Positions 13,182 to 23,899 of a DNA stretch of 64,000 nt are shown here, in pieces (the first letter of the stretch is position 1; every line of letters starts with the position of its first letter). This DNA comes from Cetorhinus maximus (lineage: Eukaryota): the NCBI RefSeq assembly GCF_964194155.1, contig NC_135914.1:3224001-3288000 (forward strand). The letters are read 5' to 3'. The notes beneath the pieces were generated by a model, which did no database searches, was not told the DNA's origin, and saw only the letters and a program-made list of their open reading frames with translations. Both the position numbers and the translations under genes were made by a program.

Positions 13182-13637
13182 CCTCCTGCATCCCAGCCTA
13201 CACCACAGCCCCTCACCAGTCAACCAGCAGGAGGACTCCTCCTGTATCCCAGCCTACACCACAGCCCCTCACCAGTCAGCCAGCAGGAGGACTCCTCCTG
13301 TATCCCAGCCTACACCACAGCCCCTCACCAGTCAGCCAGCAGGAGGACTCCTCCTGTATCCCAGCCTACATCACAGCCCCTCACCAGTCAGCCAGCAGGA
13401 GGACTCCTCCTATATCCCAGCCTGCACCATAGCCCCTCACCAGTCAGCCAGCAGGAGGACTCCTCCTGTATCCCAGCCTGCACCACAGTCCCTCACCAGT
13501 CAGCCAGCGAGAGGAGGACTCCTGTATCCCAGCCTGCACCACAGCCCCTCACCAGTCAGCCAGCAGGAGGAGGACTCCTGTATCCCAGCCTGCACCACAG
13601 CCCCTCACCAGTAAGCCAGCAGGAGGACTCCTACTGT
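13182..13637. repeat. 56-bp minisatellite, about 8 copies
   Basis: Unit CCTGTATCCCAGCCTACACCACAGCCCCTCACCAGTCAGCCAGCAGGAGGACTCCT; period 56 checked at 13185, 13241 and 13297. Confidence 0.95.
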
Positions 13638-13700
13638 AACGAAAATAAAAATGCCCGGAAAAAACTCAGCAGGTCTGACAGCATCTGCGGAGAGGAATAC

Positions 13701-13739
13701 GGTTAACGTTTCGAGTCCGTATGACTCTTCATCAGGACT
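13701..13739 (-). ncRNA. Minimal type I hammerhead ribozyme (family 1); core intact, one helix I mismatch
   Basis: AGTC CTGATGA A GAGTC ATACG GACTC GAA ACGT T AACC on the minus strand. Confidence 0.7.
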
Positions 13740-13969
13740 GAGGGAATAAGAAATGAGGTGAAATATAAGCTGGTTTAAGGTGGGGGGGGGGGGGGGGGGT
13801 GACAGGTAGAGCTGGATAGGGGGCCAGTGATAGGTGGAGGCAAAGGAGAGATTGCCAAAGGTGTCATAGACAAAAGGACAAATGGGGTGTTAACGGTGGT
13901 GATATTAGCTAAGAAATGTGCTAATGGTGACATTAAGGGTAGAAAACAGGATGAGCAAGTTACAAATAG

Positions 13970-14120
13970 ATAAAAACAAAAAGTTAAAAGCTACTGCGGA
14001 TGCTGGAAATCCAAAACAAAACCAGAAACAGAATTACCTGGAAAAACTCAGCAGGTCTGGCAGCATCGGCGGAGAAGAAATCAGTTAACGTTTCGAGCCT
14101 TCATGGCCCTTCGGCAGAAC
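13970..14120 (-). mobile_element. About 150-bp PLE-derived mini-element nested in a pLTR, with a variant hammerhead core (CTGCCGA)
   Basis: TSD ACAAATAG (13962-13969 and 14119-14126); starts GTT CTGCCGA AGGGCC ATGAA GGCTC GAAACGTTAAC. Confidence 0.7.
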
Positions 14121-15624
14121 AAATAGCCCTAGTGGGGGTGGGGTGGAGGGAAGTGATCGAAATAGGTTAAAAGGTGGAGATGAAACAATGGATGGAAATA
14201 CATTCAAAAATAATGGAAATAGGTGGGAAAAGAAAAATATATTTAAAAAATATAAATTATTGGAAAAAGGGGGATCAGTAAGGGGGTGGGGATGGAGAAG
14301 AGAGTTCATGATCTGAAGTTGTTGAACTCAATGTTAAGTCCGGAAGGCTGTAAAGTGCCTAGTGGGAAGATGAGGTGCTGTTCCTCCAGTTTGCGTTGAG
14401 CTTCACTGGAACATTGCAGCAGGCCAAGGACGGACATGTGGGCATGAGAGCAGGGTGGTGTGTTGAAATGGCAAGTGACAGGGAGGTCTGGGTCATGCTT
14501 GCGGACAAACCGAAGGTATTCCGCAAAGCGGTCACCCAGTCTGCGTTTGGTCTCTCCAAAGCAGAAGAGACCACATTGGGAGCAACGAATGCAGTAAACT
14601 AAATTGAGGGAAGTGCAAGTGAAATGCTGCTTCACTTGAAAGGAGTGTTTGGGCCTTTGGACGGCGAGGAGGGGGGAAGTAAAGGGGCAGGTGTAGCACC
14701 TTCTACGGTTGCATGGGAAGGTGCCGTAGGAGGGGTTTGGGGTGAAGAAGGAGGGGGCCAGGGTGTGGAGGGAACGATCCCTGCGGAATGCTGCCGGAGG
14801 GGTGAAGGGAAGTTGTGTTTGGTGGTGGCATCATGCTGGAGTTGGCGGAAATGGCGGAGGATGATCCTTTGAATGCGGAGGCTGGTGGGGTAATAAGTGA
14901 GGACAAGGGGGACCCTATCATGGTTCTCGGAGGGAGAGGAAGGTGTGAGGGCAGATGTGCGGGAGGTGGATCGGATATGGTTGAGGGCTCTATCAACCAC
15001 AGTGGGTGGAAAACCTCGGTTACAGAAGAAGGAAGACATGTCAGAGGAACTGTTTTTGAAAGTGGCATCATCAGAACAGTTGCGACGGAGGCGAAGGAAC
15101 TGAGAGAATGGGATGGAGTCCTTACAGGAAGCGGGGTGTGAGGAGCTGTTATCGAGGTAGCTGTGAGAGTCGGTAGGCTTGTAATGAAGATTGGTGGACA
15201 GTCTATCACTAGAAATTGAGACAGAGAGGTCAAGGAAGGGAAGGTGAAGGGAAGTGTCAGAGATGGACCATGTGAAAATGATGGAGAGGTGGAGATTGGA
15301 AGCAAAATTAATAAATTTTTCCAGGTCCCAACGGGAGCATGAAGCAGCACCGAAGTGATCATCGATGTACCGGAGAAAGAGTTGTGGGAGGGGGCCGGAG
15401 TAGGACTGGAACAAGGAATGTTCCACATACCCCATAAAGAGGCAGGCATAACTGGGGCCCATGTGGGTACCTATAGCCACACCTTTTATTTGGAGGAAGT
15501 GAGACGAGTTTAAGGAGAAATTGTTCAGTGAGAGAACAAGTTCAGCCAGACAGAGGAGAGTACTGGTGGATGGGGATAGTTCGGGCCACTGTTCGAGGAA
15601 GAAGCGGAGAGCCCTCAGACATTC

Positions 15625-15900
15625 ACTGGTTCATTCCTCAGGGTAATGCCTTTATCAAACAGAGTCAAGCTTCCTGGTTTAAATTTCAAACAATGCTTGG
15701 CAGTTAAATGTCAGTCACCATTAACTGGTGCATTCTCCATGGTAATGCCTCTACTGATCAGAGTCCACTAACCAATGAATCAGCACTCTCTTCTCATGCA
15801 GTATAAAGTTGTTGCTTCCCCTGACATTGGTATTCTTGCGATTGGCCTGATGAGAGCAAAATGAAAAGCTTTGACAAAACATCTTTCTTCAGCAATACTC
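15625..15900 (+). mobile_element. Solo pLTR of PLE family 2 with a degraded hammerhead (15842-15877)
   Basis: Homologous to 32196-32445 and to the pLTR at 48480-48620; CTGATGA...GAAAAGCTTTGACAA. Confidence 0.7.
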
Positions 15901-15909
15901 AAATTTCCA

Positions 15910-16085
15910 TCTGTTCTGGAAACTCATGGATAAAAATCACACTGCAAAATGATCATTCACCAGCTGAATGTGCAAAGAGATTCACTGTCTTCCCAATTAC
16001 TAACACAGCAGCTGAGTCACTCCAGAAGGGGACCATTCAGATACTTAATGTGTGTAAAGAGATTTACTCATTTTCTCTTGAACAG
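15910..16085 (+). pseudogene. Degraded ZNF fragment
   Basis: Aligns by eye with 11750-11880 (CACCAGCTGA(A/G)TGT...AGATTCACTG...CATTCAGAT). Confidence 0.55.
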
Positions 16086-16585
16086 CATAAAACTCATAGA
16101 AATATAGAAACTAGGAGCAGGAGTAGGCCATTCGGCCCTTCGAGCCTGCTCCACCATTCATTATGATCATGGCTGATCATCCAATTCAATAGCCTGCTCC
16201 CGCTTTCTCCCCATATCCTTTGATCCCTTTTGCCCCAAGAGCTATATCTAACTCCTTCTTGAAAACGTGCAATGTTTCAGCCTCAACTACTTTCTGTGGT
16301 AGCGAATTCCACAGGGTCACCACTCTCTGGGTGAAGAAATTTCTCCTCATCTCAGTCCTAAATGGTCTATCCCGTATCCTCAGACTGTGACTCCTGCTTC
16401 TGTACTCCCCCCACCATCGGGAACATCCTTCCTGCCTAGTCCTGTTAAAATTTTATAGGTTTCGACGAGATCCTCCCTCATTCTTCTGAACTCCAGCGAG
16501 TATAATCCTAATCGACTCAATCGCTCCTCATATGTCAGTCCCGCCATCCCAGGAATCAGTCGGGTAAACCTTCGCTGCACTCCCT

Positions 16586-18904
16586 CTATAGCAAGTACAT
16601 CCTCAGACCTGGAGACCAAAACTGCACACAATGTTCCAGGTGTGGTCTCACCAAAGCCCTGTATAATTGCAACAAGACATCCCTGCTCCTGTACTCGAAT
16701 CCTCTCACTATGAAGGCCAACAAAACATTTGCCTTCTTTACCGTCTGCTGCACCTGCATACTTACCTTCAGCGACTGGTGTACGAGGACACCCAGGTCTC
16801 TTTGCACATTCCCCTCTCTCAATATATAGCCGTTCAGATAATAATCTGCCTTCCTGTTTTTGCTACCAAAGTGGATAACCTCACATTTATCCACATTATA
16901 CTGCATCTGCCATACATTTGCCCAATCAATCAGCTTGTCCAAATCACACTGAAGCATCTCTGCATCCTCCTCACAGCTCACCCACCCACCCAGCTTTGTG
17001 TCATCTGCAAATTTGGAGATATTAAATTTAGTTCCCTCATCTAAATCATTCATATATATTGTGAATAACTGGGATCCCAGCACCAATCCCTGCGGTACCC
17101 CACTAGTCACTGCCTGCCATTCAGAAAAAGACCCGTTTATTCCTACTCTTTGTTTCCTGTCTGCCAACCAGTTTTCTATCCATCTCAATAAACTACCCCC
17201 AATCCCATGCGCTTTAATTTTACACGCCAATCTCTTATGTGGGACTTTGTGGAAAGCCTTCTGAAAGTCCAAATAAACCACATCCACTGGCTCCCCCTCA
17301 TCAACTGTACCAGTTACATTCTTGAAAAATTCCAGTAGATTTGTCAAGCATAATTTCCTTTTCGTAAATCCATGCTGACTCTGTCCGATTCTGCCACCAT
17401 TTTCTACGTGCTCAGCTATTAAATCTTTTATAATGGACTCTAGAATTTTCCCCACTACTGACGTCAGGCTGACTGGTCTATAATTCCCTGTTTTCTCTCT
17501 ACCTCCCTTTTTAAATATTGGGGTTACATTAGCTACCCTCCAATCTGTAGGAACTGTTCCATAGTCTATAAAATCTCGGAAGGTGACCACCGATGCATCC
17601 ACTATTTCTAGGGCCACTTCCTTAAGTACTCTGGGATGTAGATTATCAGGCCCTGAGGATTTATCGGCCTTCAATTTCTCCAACACCATTTCCCTACTAA
17701 CACTGATCTCTTTCAGTTCCTCTCTCTCACTAAACTCTGTGTTCCCCAACATTTCTGGTTTGTTATTTGTGTCCACCTTTGTGAAGACAGAACCAAAGTA
17801 AGTACTTAGTTGGTCAACCATTTCTTTGTTCCCCATTATAAATTCCCCTGTTTCTGACTGTAAGGAACCTACATTTGCCTTCACCAATTTTTTTCTCCTC
17901 ACATACCTATAGAAACTTTTACAGTCAGTTTTTATGTTCCCCGCAAGCTTCCTCTCGTACTCTATTTTCCCCTTCTTAATCGATCCCTTGGTCCTCCTTT
18001 GCTGAATTCTAAAGTGCTCCCAATCCTCAGGTCTGTTGTTTTTTCTGACCAATTTGTATGCCTCTTCCTTGGATCTAATACTATCTCTAATTTCCCTGGT
18101 AAGCCATGGTTTGGCCACCTTTCCTATTTTACTTTTGTGCCAGACAAGAATAAACAATTGTTGCAGTTCACCCATGCGCTCTTTGAATGTTTGCCATTGC
18201 CTATCCACCGTCATCCCTTTAAGTAACGTTTCCCAATCCATCATAGCCAACTCGTGCCTCATACCAACGTAGTTTCCTTTATTAAGATTCAGGACCCTAG
18301 TCTCAGAGTCACTCTCCATCTTGATGAAGAATTCTATCATATTATGGTCACTCATCCCCAAGGGGCCTTGCACAACTAGATTGCCAATTATTCCTTTCTC
18401 ATTACACAATACCCAGTCTAGGATGGCCTGTTCTCTAGTTGGTTCCTCAATGTATTGGTCCAGAAAACTATCCCATATACACTCCAGGAATTCCTCCTCT
18501 ACGGTATTGTTACTAATTTGATTTGCCCAATCTATATGCAGATTAAAGTCACCCATAATTACAGATGTTCCTTTATTGCATGCGTCTCTAATTTCCTGTT
18601 TAATGCCATTCCCAACATCACCACTACAGTTTGGGGGTCTATATACAACCCCCACTAACAGTTTTTGCCCCTTAGTGTTTTTCAGCTCTACCCATACAGA
18701 TCCCACATAGTTAGAGCTAATATCTTTCCTCACTATTGTGTTAATTTCCTCTTTAGCCAGCAATGCAACTCCACCACCTTTTCCTTTTTGTCTGTCCTTC
18801 CTAAATAATGAATACCCCTGGATGTTCAGTTCCCATCCCTGGTCACCCTGCAGCCATGTCTGTGTAATCCTGACTATATCATACCTGTTTACATCTATTT
18901 GCAT
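16586..18904 (-). CDS. CR1 ORF2 (APE endonuclease plus reverse transcriptase), C-terminus frameshifted
   Basis: VVYRPP, MGDFN, SDHN, NYRPVSLTS, YLDFQKAF, GVPQG and FADD motifs. Confidence 0.9.
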   Translation of the reverse strand: MQIDVNRYDIVRITQTWLQGDQGWELNIQGYSLFRKDRQKGKGGGVALLAKEEINTIVRKDISSNYVGSVWVELKNTKGQKLLVGVVYRPPNCSGDVGNGIKQEIRDACNKGTSVIMGDFNLHIDWANQISNNTVEEEFLECIWDSFLDQYIEEPTREQAILDWVLCNEKGIIGNLVVQGPLGMSDHNMIEFFIKMESDSETRVLNLNKGNYVGMRHELAMMDWETLLKGMTVDRQWQTFKERMGELQQLFILVWHKSKIGKVAKPWLTREIRDSIRSKEEAYKLVRKNNRPEDWEHFRIQQRRTKGSIKKGKIEYERKLAGNIKTDCKSFYRYVRRKKLVKANVGSLQSETGEFIMGNKEMVDQLSTYFGSVFTKVDTNNKPEMLGNTEFSEREELKEISVSREMVLEKLKADKSSGPDNLHPRVLKEVALEIVDASVVTFRDFIDYGTVPTDWRVANVTPIFKKGGREKTGNYRPVSLTSVVGKILESIIKDLIAEHVENGGRIGQSQHGFTKRKLCLTNLLEFFKNVTGTVDEGEPVDVVYLDFQKAFHKVPHKRLACKIKAHGIGGSLLRWIENWLADRKQRVGINGSFSEWQAVTSGVPQGLVLGSQLFTIYMNDLDEGTKFNISKFADDTKLGGWVSCEEDAEMLQCDLDKLIDWANVWQMQYNVDKCEVIHFGSKNRKADYYLNGYILREGNVQRDLGVLVHQSLKVSMQVQQTVKKANVLLAFIVRGFEYRSRDVLLQLYRALVRPHLEHCVQFWSPGLRMYLL

Positions 18905-19126
18905 GGTTAATAATCCACTTTATTGCGAATGCTCCTTGCATTAAGGCACAAAGCCTTAAGGCTTTTTTTATCATTATTTGTCTTGTTCCCACTATTTTTC
19001 ACTGAGGCCCTTCTTGCCCTTAATTTCTCTGCCTATCACTTTTCTTATTCCCCTTTCTGTCTTTTGTTCTTGTCCTTGATTCCCCTTCCTCTGATTCCTT
19101 GCATATGTTCCCATCCCCCTGCCATT

Positions 19127-19678
19127 TTAGTTTAAACCCTCCCCAACCACTCTAGCAAATAGTCCCCCTAGAACATCAGTCCCAGTCCCGCCCAGGTGTA
19201 ACCCGTCCAGTTTGTAGTGGTCCCACCTCCCCCAGAACCGGTCCCAATGTCCCAGGAATCTGAAACCCTCCCCCTCACACCATCTCTTCAGCCACATATT
19301 CATCCGATATATCCTGCGATTTCTACTCTGGCTAGCAAATGGCACTGGTAGTAATCCTGAGATCACTGCCTTTGAGGTCCTACTTTTCAACTTACTTCCT
19401 AAGTCCCTATATTCTGCTTTTAGGACCTCATCCCTTTTTTTACCTATGTCGTTTGTACCAATATGGACCATCACCACTGGCTGTTCACCCTCCCCCTTCA
19501 GAATGTCCTGTAGCCGCTCTGAGACATCCTTGACCTTAGCACCAGGGAGGCAACATACCACCCTGGAGTTTCGTTTGCGGCCACAGAAACGCCTATCTAT
19601 TCCCCTTACAATTGAATCCCCTATAACCATTGCATTCCCATACTCTTTACTCTTCCCCTGTGCAGCAGAGCCAACCAT
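19127..19678 (-). CDS. CR1 ORF1 SGNH/GDSL esterase domain
   Basis: VIGDSIVRG, HIGTND and DGLHL motifs. Confidence 0.88.
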   Translation of the reverse strand: MVGSAAQGKSKEYGNAMVIGDSIVRGIDRRFCGRKRNSRVVCCLPGAKVKDVSERLQDILKGEGEQPVVMVHIGTNDIGKKRDEVLKAEYRDLGSKLKSRTSKAVISGLLPVPFASQSRNRRIYRMNMWLKRWCEGEGFRFLGHWDRFWGRWDHYKLDGLHLGGTGTDVLGGLFARVVGEGLN

Positions 19679-20349
19679 GGTGCAACAAATTTGGCTGTTG
19701 CTGCTTTCCCCTGAGAGGCCATTCCCCCAACAGTATCCAAAGCGGTGGTATATCTGTTTTGCAGGGGAATAGCCACAGGAGATTCCTGCACTGCCTGCCT
19801 AGTCCTCTTGCTCTGCCTGGTGGTCACCCATTCCCTTCCTGCCTGTGGACTCTTAGCCTGCGGTGTGACCACTTCTCTATACATGCTATCCACGATGCTC
19901 TCCGAGAGCTATAAGGACTCGAAATGTTAACTCTGTTTCACAGTCCATAGATGCTCTCAGGCCTGCTGAGTTTTTATTCCAGCATTTCGTGCTTAATTTC
20001 AGATTTCCACCATCTGCAGTATTTTGCTTTTATTACTCAGTTTTCCCCAGCTGTTAACATTCCAGCTTTAAAAGTTCAAAGGATTAAATCCGCAACCAGC
20101 ACATTCTTACCGGAAGTTTAAATGGTCTGCGTATCGGGGAATAAAAATCACTTGTTCACTCCACCTGCTGAGACTCCAGTGAGTTTGCATCTAACTGCAG
20201 GAATTTGTTCTGTTAATAATTCCCAGGACAGGACTATGGTGGAAGGCCTGTGTATCAATTGGTTTAATATTTTTATATCTAGGCGATATGGCTCCAATCC
20301 TAAGGGTATCACAAAAACCAAATTTACTATTCGCCAATATAGCTCATCA

Positions 20350-20830
20350 ATGGCGGAGCACTTACCCAGCATTCGCGGCGAGCCAGAATGTGTCCTATTC
20401 TGACTACAGGGTGCATTTTGCGCAGGCGCGGTGCTGAGCGGTGAGCCGGGCACGCGCATTGCGGGCTGTTCCTGGAGCATGCCCAATGCGGGCTGGACGG
20501 AGTCGCTGAGAAAGGGCGAGTAAGTGCAGCGGGTCGGTCGGTGGGTGGGGAACGGAGGTGGTGGAGCGGGCAGGGGAAGCTTGATAAATACTCTGTGGAA
20601 GCCGCAAACCCTGAATTAAAAAGTTATTGGTCCCACCTCTGCGCGGAACGGGGCGGAAACCGCAGCTCAGCTCCTGGGGAGAAGCCCGAGTGGCCGGCCG
20701 CCATCTTGATAGTTGGCAATGCGCGTGCGCGGCCGCCATTTTGATAGTTGGCAATGCGCTTGCGCGACCGCCATTTTGCTAGCAGCGAACGTGCACCAGG
20801 GCGCATGCGTGGCTATCCTGTGCCAGGAGG
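20350..20830 (+). promoter_or_regulatory. CpG-island promoter and non-coding first exon, probably of ZNF C
   Basis: Staf-like TTACCCAGCATTCGCGGCG at 20362-20380; NRF1-like TGCGCAGGCGCG; donor GA|GTAAGT at 20520; three YY1 sites at 20696-20780. Confidence 0.7.
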
Positions 20831-21651
20831 TGGTGAACCCTGAGCTGAGGGATTTTACAAACTCCTCTTCCAGGGCGTTGAAAGGAAGCATCACATTAAC
20901 AGGCAGAGACTCTCGATTCATCAGGATCTGGATATCATCAGCTTTTGAGTGTGGGTATAAAAAAAAAAGTTTGTCCATTCTGTATGTGACTGTGATACAC
21001 AAGCCCTGGGTTAGACCACATTGGGAGAATTGTGATCACTTCAGAGCAACAAAGCTAAGGAGGGATATCATGGCCTTGGAGGGAGTGTAGCACAGGTTTA
21101 CCTGACTGATATGTGAGCTGCAAGGGTTAAATCACATGGACAAATCATTGTGTCACCAGAGGAGGTCGTTCGGCCTATTGAGCCCATGCTAGCTCTCCAG
21201 AGCAATCCAGTCAATCCCGTTTCCCTGTTCTATCCATTATCCTTGCAAGTTTATTTTCCTCAGCGACCTACACAATTTCCATTTGAAATCGTTCATCGTC
21301 TCTGCCTCCACTACCAGCACCCCCCCCCTCCCCACCCCCGCGGTTCATAGGCAGCAGGTTTCAGTTCACATCCACTCACTGTAAAAATATCTTCACTCAC
21401 ATCTCACTATATCTTTTACCCAAAAAACTTATATCTTTTTATTATTCGTTCAGGGGATGTAGGGGGCATCACTGGCCCAGCCAGCATTTATTGCCCATGC
21501 CTAATTGCCCTTGAGAAGGTGGTGGTGAGCTGCCTTTTTGAACCGCTGCAGTCCACGTGGTGTAGGTACACCCACAGTGCTGTGTCCCTTATCATTCCAC
21601 GGTTGGCTGATGGGAGCAGATTTTCTTTACCTTATCAAAAGGTGAAAAAGG

Positions 21652-22225
21652 CAGTTGTATAGAACCTTGGTGAGGCTGAAGCTAGAGTACTGTGTGCAGT
21701 CCTGGTCGCCACATTATAGGAAGGATATGATTGCACTGGATGGGGTGCAGAAGAGATTCACCAGGATGTTGACTGGGATGAAACATTTAAGTTATGAAGA
21801 GAGGTTGGATAGACTTGGGTTGTTTTCGTTGGAGCAGAGAAGACTGAGGGTGCGACCTGATCGAGGTGAACATGATTATGAGGGGCATGGACAGGGTGGA
21901 TAGGGAGCAGCTGTTCCCCTTAGTTGAAGGGTCAGTCACGAGGGGACATAAGGTGAGGGGGCAGGAGGTTTAGGGGGGATGTGAGGAAAAACTTTTTTTA
22001 TCCAGAGGGTGGTGAGGGTCTGGAATGCGCTGCCTGGGAGGGTGGTGGAGGCGGATTGCCTCACATCCTTTAAAAAGTACCTGGATGAGCACTTGGCACC
22101 TCATAACATTCAAGGCTATGGGCCAAGTGCTGGTAAATGGGATTAGGTAGGTAGGTCAGGTGTTTCTCACGTGTCGGTGCAGACTTGATAGGCCGAAGGG
22201 CCTCTTCTGCACTGTGAGATTCTGT
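21652..22225 (+). mobile_element. CR1 LINE 3' end (young copy)
   Basis: YRTLVRLKLEYC...LEQRRLR; near-identical to 3452-4025. Confidence 0.9.
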
Positions 22226-22227
22226 GT

Positions 22228-22610
22228 CATAATCTTGTACATCTCCGTCAATTCCCTCGCAACCTCCGTTACCGGAACCATTCTGATTAATCTTTTCTGC
22301 CCCTTCTTAAGGACCTTCACAACCTTGCTGAAGTAGGGTGACCAGAATGGGATGCAGTACTCTATTTGTGGCCTAACCAGCACTTTATAAAGATTCAGCA
22401 TAACTTCCCTGCTATTGTACTCAATACCATTATATAAGAAGACTAAGATCCAATTTGCTTTGCTAGCATCTCTCTTAATCTGTCCTGTCACCCTCAAAGA
22501 TCTATGCACATGTAGCCTCAGATCTCTGTGCCACTGCACACACTTGAGATCTGTGCTATTAATTGTAAATTGCCTCTCCCTATCCCTTCTGCCAAAATAG
22601 ATCACTTCAC
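22228..22610 (-). mobile_element. Older CR1 ORF2 fragment
   Basis: LYKVLVRPQIEYCIPFWSPY. Confidence 0.75.
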
Positions 22611-22975
22611 TATGAAGGTTGTGTTCGCTGGAATTTAGAAGATTAAGAGGTGAATGGATCAATGTTTTCAAGATAGGGTGGATAGAGAGGGGCTATTTTC
22701 ACTCATTGAAACCAGGACAAGCGGGCATAATCTGAACTTGGAATCAGGTTCCGCCACTCTTTCAGGTTGATGGTTCCACACCTCGACAACCTCCTGTTGG
22801 TACAGAAACTGCTAACGTCAGTGTTAAGCTTGGAAGGTTGTAAGGTGCCTAATCAAGAGATGAACTGCTGCTCCTCAAGTTCCTATCGAGCTTCATTGGT
22901 ACATTCAGGAGTCCTTGGACAGAGAAGTCAGGGAGTAGGGAGGAGAATTAGAATGGCAGACGAGCAGAAACCCCT

Positions 22976-23735
22976 AGATTAAAGCGAAATACTGCAGATG
23001 CTGAAAATCTGAAACAAAAACACAAAACGCTGGAAAAACTCAGCAGGTCTGACAGCATCTGTGGAGCGAGAAACAGAGTTGACGTTTCGAGTCCATATGA
23101 CCCTTCTTCAGAGCTAAAGACAAGTAGAAATGTGATGAAATTTACACTGTTTAAGGGGGATGGAGCAGGTGAAGCTGGATAGAAGGCCAGCGATAGGTGG
23201 GGGCAAAGGAGAGATTGACAAAGATGTCATGGACAAGAGGACAAAGGGAGTGTCAGTGGTAGCGGTAAGGACTAAAAACGGTGCTGATAGTGGCAAAGGT
23301 AAGAAAACAGAATGTGATAATAACAGAACAAGGGTAAGCGCTCTGAAAAGAACAACCAATCCCCTTCCCCTACCCCACCCCACTCCCACAAGGGCCATCT
23401 ATTACTTGTTCGTGTTGTTCTTTTCAGAGCGCTTACCCTTGTTCTGCTATTATCACATTCTGCTTTCTTACCTTTGCCACTATCAGCACCTTTTTTTAGC
23501 TCTTACCCCTACCATTGACACTCCTTTTGTCCATGACATCTTTGTCAATCTCTCCTTACCCCCACCTATCGCTGGCCTTCTATCCAGCTTAACCTACTCC
23601 ACCCACTTAAACAGTATAAATTTCATCACATTTCTACTTCTCCTTAGCTCTGAGGAAGGATCGCACAGACTCGAAACATCAACCCGGTTTCTCTCTCCAC
23701 AGATGCTGACTTTTCCCAGCATTTTCTGTTTTTGA
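22976..23735. mobile_element. Large fold-back element (inverted pLTRs) with a hammerhead in each arm
   Basis: Arms at about 23020-23357 and 23414-23735 are reverse complements; 13-bp TSD AGCAGAAACCCCT (22963-22975 and 23736-23748). Confidence 0.88.
23077..23115 (-). ncRNA. Minimal hammerhead ribozyme (family 1)
   Basis: AGCT CTGAAGA A GGGTC ATATG GACTC GAA ACGT C AACT; GUC cleavage triplet. Confidence 0.7.
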
Positions 23736-23899
23736 AGCAGAAACCCCTGGTGAAGTTGTTGACCAAACAGTGGTTTTCCACAAAGTGATCATCCAATCTG
23801 CATTTGGGCATCCTAAAATGGAGAGCAGACTGCATCATGAGCAGCAAATACAGTATAAAGTACAAGTAAATTACTGTTTGGTTTCATCTCTCAAGATCT

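Larger units (their letters stand above)
13640..15620 (-). mobile_element. Penelope-like element (Neptune-type): RT, Cys linker, GIY-YIG, pLTR
   Basis: AIGTHMGPSYA, RYIDD, FLDL and YKPTDSHSYL RT motifs; PCNRRRCYTC linker; GIY-YIG ORF 14306..14635. Confidence 0.92.
16095..19905 (-). mobile_element. Near full-length CR1 LINE
   Basis: Esterase ORF1, then APE/RT ORF2, then a 3' tail with (TTCTA)-like repeats near 16097-16110. Confidence 0.95.

Noticed and set aside
13182-13637. CRISPR-like palindromic repeats and the repetitive ORF 13133..13432
   Set aside because: Spacerless minisatellite; the 56-bp period does not preserve frame
20404-21090. Protein-coding ORFs in CpG islands (also 38733-39263, 46374-46900, 55314-55777), including a possible effector exon
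   Set aside because: GC-rich stop-poor sequence with no recognisable domain and no peptide similarity between islands
23160-23735. 191-aa ORF with a hydrophobic C-terminal half
   Set aside because: By-product of reading through a non-coding palindrome
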